A stretch of DNA of 21,069 nt, from positions 1 to 21,069 of the forward strand of contig MCFH01000178.1 in assembly GCA_002104945.1 (NCBI GenBank). Direction: 5' to 3'. Source of the DNA: Piromyces finnis finn (lineage: Eukaryota > Fungi > Neocallimastigomycota). Both the position numbers and the translations under genes were made by a program. The notes beneath the pieces are model-generated. The model searched no databases, was not told the DNA's origin, and worked only from the letters and a program-made list of their open reading frames with translations. Of this stretch, positions 1 to 11,000 are shown in pieces (positions within the stretch are counted from its first letter, which is position 1; each line of letters opens with the position of its first letter).

Positions 1-1634
1 AAAGCTCTAAAAGATGACGGTATTTTAATTGTATTATGTCTGTTTTGAGTAGGAATTATTGAATTAACTTCTGAATAATTATCATTTTTTGAGTATGGTG
101 GAGGTGGATGTTGTGGTTTTTCAAGGAAATTATTTTCATTTACTGTATTTAAATCTGAACTATTTATATCATTTGATAATAAACTTGAAGTTGAATTCAC
201 ACCTGATTCCTCTTGTATTCTATTTGATTCATTTTTTTGAGATTCTTTTCTGCCTTCATATCACTTTTTATTGAATCTTTACCTTTAATATTAGAGGAAG
301 AGCCATCTAAATTAGTAATATTTTGATTGACATTTTCACTACTTTCGGTAGCATCTTTTGATAATTCACTTATTGAATTATTTTGCTTAGAATCAATTTT
401 ATTAGAATTCAAATTTATGGAAGAAATATCTGTTGATCCATCAATACTTTTTTCGTTATCACTAATAATTGGTGTTGTAGTTAATTGAATATTGCCATTT
501 GTTGCATTATTACTATTCTTTGTAAAACGATTTGTGTTATTGAAATTATTATTAACATTGGTCAATGAACCGGCATTATTACCAAGTTGATTATATCATC
601 ATATACTATTAACCATAAAATTATTCATGCCTTGTAATTGACCCGTGGTAATGGCATTAATATTTGTCATATTATCAAATCATTAAATTGCTGTTGATAT
701 TGAAGTTGCTGTTGATATTGTTGTAATTGTATTTGTTGCTGTGGTTGTTGAAATTGCTGTTGTGGTTGTGGAAGTGGTTTTTGTTGTATTTTTATTTGCT
801 GATCTACATTTCTATTTACGCTACTTGTAGATGAAGCATCATCATTAATAGAACTTATTGATGTTTGTTTCTCAACTTTTTTATGAGTACTAAAGAGCTT
901 TTTTGCAATAGATTTCATTGGTTTTGACTTTGATTTAGTAGATTCTTGAGAACTTTCAGATAATATTTTTTTTTGGATTGTGAGTTAACTTGTTGTACTT
1001 GATTATTCTGCATTTGACTTTGGTCTTGATTTAAATTTTTAGCTTTAATGATATTCTGTTTATTAAAAGCTTGAATTTGCTGTTGTAATTGAATTTGTTG
1101 CATTTGTTGTAGTTGTTGAAGTTGCTGTTGAAATTGAACTTGTTGCATTTGTTGTAGTTGTTGAAGTTGTTCCGGAGTAAGTGAATATTGACTCATTTGA
1201 TTATTATTTAAAAGAGCTTGATTATTCAATATAGCTTGATTTATATTCATTTGCATTGGAACCATAGCCATTTGCATATTATTAATTGCCATATTATTAT
1301 TTATTGGAAGTGGCATACCTAACGATTGATTTATCATTTGCATTTGCATCTGCATTTGCATTTGATTTAGTGGATTCATTGTTGGACTCATATTTGGGCT
1401 CAAAGGGTTCATTGTTGGACTCATTGTTGGACTGCTTATAACAGGTCTCATTGTTGGACTCATTGGTTGATTCATGTTAATTCCCATCATTGAATTAATT
1501 TGCTGGTTCATAGAATTCATTGGATTTATATTGTTCATTTGAGACATATTCATGTTATAATTTTGTGGACATCATTATTAGAAGTTTCAGCATTATTTAT
1601 ATTTCATATTATTATTATCATTTAATCCTAACAT
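1..1634 (-). pseudogene. Inverted, frameshifted copy of the 5' ~1.6 kb of the large SEL1/UBA gene; partial, and either a real duplicate or an assembly fold-back
   Basis: The ATG at 1634-1632 mirrors the ATG at 3835. Single-base losses relative to the right arm (e.g. gtccac vs gtcccac near 1567, missing T near 966, missing T near 677, missing A near 255) break it into the ORFs 915..1553, 667..918 and 197..565. Confidence 0.8.
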
Positions 1635-3834
1635 TTCTACCTATAAATTGACAATATATTTAATTTAAAAAATAATTTTGAAATTATATTTTTAATAAAA
1701 TTGTGAATTTTTAATAAATTTTAATATTTTTTTATTAAAAATATTTTTCTTATATAAATTTAAAAAATAAATATATTTTATTTACTTTCTTTTTCATTTA
1801 ATTTGAATCTGAAACATAAAATTTAAATTGTTAAATAATAATGCTATTAGCTATTATTCAATTAAGACTCAAATATGTTTTTTTTCCCTTTTTTTTCTTT
1901 CTTTTTTTTTAATAAAGTCAATTTATATAATTAAGATATAAAATATTTTCAAATATGTTTTTTAAATATAGATAAACAATTTCAAAATTTTTTAAACCTT
2001 TTTTCTTATGAGTTTTGATTAGTTTTGTTCCTTTTTTCTTTTTACTTTAAGATAAAAAAAAATAATAATTTTTTTCTATCTAATTAAATTGTTAAAATTA
2101 TTTATAATTTGATATTAAAGCAATATATTATTTTCTTTCAAAATTTGTTTTACTGAAAAATTGACGAAGAAAGTTTCTTTTTTTTTTTTTATTATAAGAT
2201 ATTAAAATTAGTTGTTAAAAACAAAAAATATAAAAAATAAATGATAATAATAAATAAATAAATAAATAATAAATAAATTAGTATTGATGATCTTATGCTT
2301 ATTCTATATTTAATTATTTTTAAAAAATATATAATATAGATATAGATATTTACAATTATATCGAGAAAAGTAATACTAAATATATTTTTCTTCTTTGTTT
2401 TTTCTATTCAAATATTTAAAATTATTACAAGTTTGAGCAATAAATATATATAATCTTGCTTAATTTAATATTAAGAATATTAATATATTGTTAATTAGAT
2501 TAAATTATATTTATGTTATTCATTAATAATATATATAAATTCTATATAAATTTTTATTTTGAAGATTAATTAATGTTAAGCTTCAAAAAATAAGTAAATT
2601 TATATCTATCTTAATATTAATGTTAAGTAAATATTGATTCTTTTTTTTTTTTATTTAATAAAAAAAAATTTAGAAATTTAAATTTTAAAAAAAAAATTAT
2701 TATTAATTAACTTTTTATTAAAATTTTCATTTTTCTTCTGAAAATTTTTTTATTTTTTTTTTAAAATTTAAATTTCTAAAATTTTCTTTATTTAAAATAA
2801 AAAAAAAAAAAGAAAATCAATATTTACTTAACATTAATATATATAGATAGATATAAATTTACTTATTTTTTTGAATGGCTTAACATTAATTAATCTTCAA
2901 AAAATAAAAATTTATATAGAATTTATATATATTATTAATGAATAAACATAAATAAATTATAATCTAATTAACAATATATTAATATTCTTAATATTAAATT
3001 AAGCAAGATTATATATATTTATTGCTCAAACTTGTAATAATTTTAAATATTTGAATAGAAAAAACAAAGAAGAAAAATATATTTAGTATTATCTTTTCTC
3101 GATATAATTGTAAATATCTATATCTATATTATATATTTTTTAAAAATAATTAAATATAGAATAAGCATAAGATTCATCAATACTAATTTATTTATTATTT
3201 ATTTATTTATTTTTATTATCATTTATTTTTATATTTTTTGTTTTTACAACTAATTTTAATACTTATAATAAAAAAAAAAAAAAGAAACTTTCTTCGTCAA
3301 TTTTCAGTAAAACAAATTTGAAAGAAAATAATATATTGCTTTAATATCAAAATTATAAATAATTTTAACAATTTAATTAGATAGAAAAAAATTATTATTT
3401 TTTTTTTTATCTTAAAGTAAAAAGAAAAAAGGAACAAAACTAATCAAAAACTCATAAGAAAAAGGTTTAAAAAAATTTTGAAATTGTTTATCTATATTTA
3501 AAAAACATATTTGAAAATATTTTTATATCTTAATTATAATAAATTGACTTTATTAAAAAAAAAAGAAAGAAAAAAAAAGGGAAAAAAAAACATATTTGAG
3601 TCTTAATGAATAATAGCTAATAGCATTATTTATTTAACAATTTAAATTTTATGTTTCAGATTCAAATTAAATGAAAAAGAAAGTAAATAAAATATATTTA
3701 TTTTTTAAATTTATATAAGAAATATATTTTTAATAAAAAAATATTAAAATTTATTAAAAATTCACAATTTTATTAAAAATATAATTTCAAAATTATTTTT
3801 TTAAATTAAATATATTGTCAATTTATAGGTAGAA

Positions 3835-5037
3835 ATGTTAGGATTAAATGATAATAATAATGATGAAAATATAAATAATGCTGAAACTTCTAATAATGAT
3901 GTCCCACAAAATTATAACATGAATATGTCTCAAATGAACAATATAAATCCAATGAATTCTATGAACCAGCAAATTAATTCAATGATGGGAATTAACATGA
4001 ATCAACCAATGAGTCCAACAATGAGACCTGTTATAAGCAGTCCAACAATGAGTCCAACAATGAACCCTTTGAGCCCAAATATGAGTCCAACAATGAATCC
4101 ACTAAATCAAATGCAAATGCAGATGCAAATGCAAATGATAAATCAATCGTTAGGTATGCCACTTCCAATAAATAATAATATGGCAATTAATAATATGCAA
4201 ATGGCTATGGTTCCAATGCAAATGAATATAAATCAAGCTATATTGAATAATCAAGCTCTTTTAAATAATAATCAAATGAGTCAATATTCACTTACTCCGG
4301 AACAACTTCAACAACTACAACAAATGCAACAAGTTCAATTTCAACAGCAACTTCAACAACTACAACAAATGCAACAAATTCAATTACAACAGCAAATTCA
4401 AGCTTTTAATAAACAGAATATCATTAAAGCTAAAAATTTAAATCAAGACCAAAGTCAAATGCAGAATAATCAAGTACAACAAGTTAACTCACAATCCAAA
4501 AATAAAATATTATCTGAAAGTTCTCAAGAATCTACTAAATCAAAGTCAAAACCAATGAAATCTATTGCAAAAAAGCTCTTTAGTACTCATAAAAAAGTTG
4601 AGAAACAAACATCAATAAGTTCTATTAATGATGATGCTTCATCTACAAGTAGCGTAAATAGAAATGTAGATCAGCAAATAAAAATACAACAAAAACCACT
4701 TCCACAACCACAACAGCAATTTCAACAACCACAGCAACAAATACAATTACAACAATATCAACAGCAACTTCAATATCAACAGCAATTTAATGATTTGTAT
4801 AATATGACAAATATTAATGCCATTACCACGGGTCAATTACAAGGCATGAATAATTTTATGGTTAATAGTATGATGATGAATTATAATCAACTTGGTAATA
4901 ATGCCGGTTCATTGACCAATGTTAATAATAATTTCAATAACACAAATCGTTTTACAAAGAATAGTAATAATGCAACAAATGGCAATATTCAATTAACTAC
5001 AACACCAATTATTAGTGATAACGAAAAAAAGTATTGA
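3835..5037 (+). CDS. Segment 1 of the large gene: Met/Gln/Asn-rich, prion-like low-complexity N-terminus
   Basis: 400-aa ORF with QMQMQM, poly-Q-rich runs and MSPTM repeats; it ends at the A7 frameshift. Confidence 0.75.
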   Translation: MLGLNDNNNDENINNAETSNNDVPQNYNMNMSQMNNINPMNSMNQQINSMMGINMNQPMSPTMRPVISSPTMSPTMNPLSPNMSPTMNPLNQMQMQMQMQMINQSLGMPLPINNNMAINNMQMAMVPMQMNINQAILNNQALLNNNQMSQYSLTPEQLQQLQQMQQVQFQQQLQQLQQMQQIQLQQQIQAFNKQNIIKAKNLNQDQSQMQNNQVQQVNSQSKNKILSESSQESTKSKSKPMKSIAKKLFSTHKKVEKQTSISSINDDASSTSSVNRNVDQQIKIQQKPLPQPQQQFQQPQQQIQLQQYQQQLQYQQQFNDLYNMTNINAITTGQLQGMNNFMVNSMMMNYNQLGNNAGSLTNVNNNFNNTNRFTKNSNNATNGNIQLTTTPIISDNEKKY

Positions 5038-8000
5038 TGGATCAACAGATATTTCTTCCATAAATTTGAATTCTAATAAAATTGATTCTAAGCAAAATAA
5101 TTCAATAAGTGAATTATCAAAAGATGCTACCGAAAGTAGTGAAAATGTCAATCAAAATATTACTAATTTAGATGGCTCTTCCTCTAATATTAAAGGTAAA
5201 GATTCAATAAAAAGTGATATGAAAGGCAGAAAAGAATCTCAAAAAAATGAATCAAATAGAATACAAGAGGAATCAGGTGTGAATTCAACTTCAAGTTTAT
5301 TATCAAATGATATAAATAGTTCAGATTTAAATACAGTAAATGAAAATAATTTCCTTGAAAAACCACAACATCCACCTCCACCATACTCAAAAAATGATAA
5401 TTATTCAGAAGTTAATTCAATAATTCCTACTCAAAACAGACATAATACAATTAAAATACCGTCATCTTTTAGAGCTTTAAACCAATTAGCTAATCAATCT
5501 ATAATACCAAATAATACTATTAAGTATAATTCATTGAATCAATTAGTTGAAAATTCGTCTGAAAATACAGATAATAGCATTTCATTAAGTCAAGTAAATG
5601 AAAATAGTGGAAATAGAGCATTAAATATAATAAACGAAGATAATACAGATATTGATTCATCATCTTCAAATTATTTAACAGGAAATGTTGATGACAATGT
5701 TACTACAGTAATTGAAAATACTACAGATAATGAAAATACTAACAATGAATTATCGTCATTAAATCAATTAGTTGAAAATGCTACTAAAAATGAAAAATTT
5801 GAAAATGATAATAGTATTATAAATAATAATTCATCAACATTAAATCAATTATCAGAAAATAATAATGATATTATAAAAACAGACGTATCATTAACAGACC
5901 AATCAGAAGAAAATACTTCTAGTAGCAAAGTTGAAAATAATTCTCAAAATCAAATTATTTCTATTAATCAAAATGAAAAAAAGAAAGTAAATGAATTAGT
6001 TGAATTAGGTCATAGTATTACAAATATAGTAAAATCTTGTTATCCAAGAGGAGCAAGCTTACAATTAAAATATCCACATATTAATGCACCATTAAAACAA
6101 AATAAAGCTAAAGATATTGCTGATGAAGAAATATCATCCTTTGATTCATTATCAGAAAAAAACACCGGTCTTGAACATATTGATTCCAATGATTTAAAAT
6201 CTGAGGATTTTGAAAGTACTGAAAAAAATGAGATTGATTTACCTGAATCAGCCGTTTCTGCTTTAAGTAGTTTCAAAAATAGTATGGACTCAACCTCTAA
6301 AAGAAATAGCAATGATTTATTAAAAAATTTAAATGAATTGCGTAACTTTACAATTCCAACTCGTTCATTACAACCTACTAATAATAAAGACACTTTTAGT
6401 GGATTAAATAATTTAATTAATCAAAATGAACAGCAAGAACCACAACAAGAAAGTTCTTTTGATGGATTAAATAATTTAGCTAACCATTATGAACAAGAAC
6501 TCCAACAAGAATCTACATTCAATGGATTAAATAGCTTAGCTAATCAAAATGAACAGCAAGAACCACAACAAGAAATTGCTTTTGATGGATTAAATGGATT
6601 AAATAGCTTAGCTAATCAAAATGAACAGCAAGAACCACAACAAGAAATTGCTTTTGATGGATTAAATAGTTTAGCTAACCAATATGAGCAGCAAGAACCA
6701 CAACAAGAAGTTGCTTTTAGTGGATTAAATAGCTTAGTCGATCAAAATGAACAACAAGAACAACAACAAGAAATTGCTTTTGGTGGATTAAATGGATTAA
6801 ATAGCTTAGTTAATCAAAATGAACAGCAAGAATCACAACAAGAAATTGCTTTTGGTGGATTAAATAGCTTAGCTAATCAAAATGAACAACAAGAACCACA
6901 ACAAGAAAGTTCTTTTGATGGATTAAATAACCTAGTTAATCAAAATGAACAACAAAAATCACAACAAGAAACTACTTTTAGTGGTTTAAACAGTTTAGCT
7001 AACCAATATGAGCAACAAGAACCACAACAAGAAGTTGCATTTGGTGGATTAAATAGCTTAGTCAATCAAAATGAACAAGAACAACAACAAGAAATTGCTT
7101 TCAATGGATTAAATGGATTAAATAGTTTAGTTAATCAAAATGAACAACAAGAACCACAACAAGAAATTGCTTTTGGTGAATTAAATGGATTAAATAGCTT
7201 AGCTAGGCGTTATGAACAGCAAGAACCACAACAAGAAGCTACTTTTAATGGTTTAAATGGTTTAAATAGTTTAGTTAATCAAAATGAACAACAAGAACCA
7301 CAACAAAAAATTGCTTTTGGTGGATTAAATGGATTAAATAGCTTAGTTAATCAAAATGAACAACAAGAACCACAACAAGAAATTGCTTTTGGTGGATTAA
7401 ATGGATTAAATAGCTTAGCTAACCAATATGAACAGCAAGAACCACAACAAGAAGCTATTTTTAATGGTTTAAATGGTTTAAATAGTTTAGTTAATCAAAA
7501 TGAACAACAAGAACCACAACAAGAAGCTACTTTTAATGGTTTAAATGGTTTAAATAGTTTAGTTAATCAAAATGAACAACAAGAACCACAACAAGAAATT
7601 GCTTTTGGTGGATTAAATAGCTTAGCTAAGCGTTATGAACAGCAAGAACCACAACAAGAAACTATTTTTAGTGGTTTAAATAGCTTAGCTAACCAATATG
7701 AGCAACAAGAACCACAACAAGAAACTATTTTTAGTGGTTTAAATAGCTTAGCTAACCAATATGAGCAACAAGAACCACAACAAGAAACTATTTTTAGTGG
7801 TTTAAATAGCTTAGCTAACCAATATGAGCAACAAGAACCACAACAAGAAACTATTTTTAGTGGTTTAAATAGCTTAGCTAACCAATATGAGCAACAAGAA
7901 CCACAACAAGAAACTGCTTTTGATGGATTAAATGGATTAAATAGCTTAGTTAATCAAAATGAACAACAAGAACCACAACAAGAAATTGCTTTTGATGGAT

Positions 8001-11000
8001 TAAATAGTTTAGCTAACCAATATAAACAACAAATACAAGTTAGTAATTTAGTAAAAGATGATAGTATTGAAGAAGATGATTCAGAAGACGATTCCAGTAT
8101 TGTTGATAATAGTAATAGTAGTATTATTTTCAAAGAACTTCATGAACAAGTTAAAGCTCAAGTCAATGCTGCCCTCAATAATGAATACGATACAGATGCA
8201 GAAAATGAATTAGTTGAAGAATTAGAAAAATCCAATTTAGAACATAATAAATCAATCAAACCAATCATGTTAGATAAAGAACTTCCAGAACTACCAACTG
8301 CTAAAACGTTAACTATAACTACAACTAATTTGCCAATTGAAGAAGATGCACCTGCAAGTGCTCCTATTGAACAATCTAAGCAAAATGATAATCTTTACAT
8401 ACCAAGAAGTGTTAGTGCATTTAAATTGGAAAGGAAAATTTACAAAACATTACTGAAGAATTCAGCAAAAAAAGTAGTATTATTATACGCCAATTAAGTA
8501 GAAAGAATATTTCCAGCAATGAAATATGTCGTGGTTTAAGTAAAAATAGTATAGATGTTTGAATGAATTAAATAAAAATGGTGATATTAAGAGGGAACAT
8601 ACAACAAGTAGCGTTTATGATTTTGAATATCTACATCATTCTATTTGTAGTATGAATAGTTTAAGTGGTATTAGTAGTATTAGTAACACTAACTCCTTAG
8701 CTAATATTATATGGGCAATGACTTAGATGAAATTGATAGTGGTATAAAAAGGACTTCAACTACCAAACAAAACTATTAAGGAGGAAAAAAGAATTAAGTG
8801 AAAAGAGCAAAAAACATGAAAGTACTGAAAACATCGTTAAAGAATTTGATGAACTTTTCAAATATATTGGCGAAAATAAAGATTTAGATGTTGACTTTTT
8901 CGGTATCTTTAATAATATATGCAGGGAATATGGAGTTGGTACAAATAAAAGTACACAAGAAGAAGACCAAACAAATAACATAAATGAAGAAGATAATGAT
9001 GTAAAAGCAAATGAAACTACTACAGAAACTGGAAATACTGCTATAGGTAATGATGTAAAAATAACTGTTAATGAACCAATTCAATCCAAAGAAAAAGAAG
9101 TAGAAGATAAACCACAAGAACAAAGTCAAGAAGAACAATCATTATTAGTAAGAAAGGAAACTCTTTCCAAAAACAAGGGTAAGAGTGTTTGTATTGATAA
9201 TAGCTACAGTGAAAATCAAATATCAGATTCTTCTTCTAGAATCTACGAAACAATACCACCCGAACTTCTTTCCAATGAAATAAAACGTTCAGCTACCACT
9301 AACAACAATATAATTAATAATGTGATATCTCAAATGAATCGTAATGAAGATATAAATGATTACAGTAGTAATCAATTTATAGCTCAACAGGAGAATGCTC
9401 TTTTGGATTCTGCTTCCAATAAAGAAAATGATTTATTAGCTATTCTTTTCAGTATGGGATTCGAAAATACCGAAGAAAATTTAAAGGCTTTGAGAAAAGC
9501 AAATAATAATATTGATCAAGCTGTTAATTACTTGGTTGAAGAAAAGGTTCCATATGATGTTATAAACGACATTCGTGAAAATGATTTTCTTGAAGAAACT
9601 GAACAACTACGTAGAAGATACCAACAACTTTCATTATTAAATAATACTCTTAGTCAAAATAGTTATCAACAACAATCTTCTTTACAATTAGCAAATATTA
9701 ACGGTGTTTATGGTCAATATAATAATGGAATTATTCAGCCAGTAATTGTTAATCCAAATGATAGCTACATATTACAAAACTTGAATGGTACTAACTCACT
9801 TCTAATAGATAATAATGAATTGAATAGATTATTAATACAACAACAACAACAACAACAACAACAACAGATGGTTAATAAACCACCAGCCCCAGAATATCCT
9901 GGATATGATGTTATGAATAATAATATGGTATTACCAAATACTAATGCTAACACCAACAATGCCATTAATTCTATGGATAATAATACAATTCCAGTAATTG
10001 AATCTAATCATAACATAGCTTCTAATAATGTAATAGTAAATAATAGAATTAGTGGAAATACTTCATTAACTCAAGAAAATATATCATTAATTAATGGAAA
10101 CAGAATTATAGCTGAAGATGCAACTAGTATTGTAAATAACGGCAACAATAACAATATTAATATAAATAATAACAGAAATACTAATAGTTTAAGTATGAAA
10201 ATTAATAACAGAGAAAGTCAAAGAGGCTCAAACACATCAATTATTTATAATATGAGTAATTCCGAAATTATGAATTGTTGTTCTGATGATGGAGAAGATA
10301 TTGAAACCAACAGTGAATTATCTGTAGACGTTATTCAAGAAAAAAGTAACTTAAATAATGGTTATGATGAATTACCAATTACAACTTCAACAACCATCGA
10401 TGAATCATTACAATCACCAGTTTCTAATCAATTTAATAATTCGATGGATAGTATTCAGGTATCTCTTGATTCACCTGCAAATATCGAAAGTGGTGTTAGT
10501 CCAACTTCTTCATTTTATAATAACATGATTAATGTTGATAATCTCTCACTTCCAAGAAACAGCCCTAATACAAGTTTCGATTCCACAAACCAACAAATAC
10601 AATTAAATGCTCAAATCCAACAAAATCAACAACAAATTTTAAAATTCCAAAACCAATTACAAAAGATGCAAATGAGAAATACTCAGATTGAAAGGTTCTA
10701 TAACAATATTCAAAGTCCACCAGAACACATTCCATACAAAACAGTTACTTGGTATCCAAAATGGACTAGTCATAATTCACCATTTAGTGAAAATATTGTT
10801 TTCCATGTTAAATTAAATACTAAGAATGAAGCAACCCTTATTTCAACTTTAAAAAAGAGAAGAAATGAAGCCAGAGCTAATCCAGAAGATTATAATAAGG
10901 TCGTTCTTTTCTGTAATCATTTGTTTAGCTCGATGAAATATATTCAAAATGAACAATCTGATATTTTGAATGATGCCTTAAAGTTATTAAAAAAGAGTGT

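Larger units (their letters stand above)
1..5478. repeat. Giant inverted repeat (palindrome): left arm 1..2697, right arm 2752..5478, 54-nt spacer 2698..2751; left arm truncated by the window edge
   Basis: Bases 1-20 (aaagctctaaaagatgacgg) are the reverse complement of 5459-5478. Matching continues inward to A10-T (2687-2697) pairing with A-T10 (2752-2762). The minus-strand ORFs 197..565, 667..918 and 915..1553 reproduce the plus-strand protein of 3835..5478. The arm differences I inspected were small indels. Confidence 0.97.

Noticed and set aside
89-274. 61-aa ORF and its mirror 5190..5390
   Set aside because: Both are antisense shadows of the large gene and appear twice only because of the palindrome.
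6392-8032. Repeat-spacer-like appearance suggesting a CRISPR array
   Set aside because: The units are in-frame coding repeats without unique spacers, the context is eukaryotic, and no cas genes are present.
6040-9965. Small minus-strand ORFs 6040..6393, 8760..8981, 8884..9138 and 9765..9965 (poly-Cys)
   Set aside because: They are antisense to the large CDS; the poly-Cys is the complement of the (CAA)9CAG poly-Gln run at 9838-9867.
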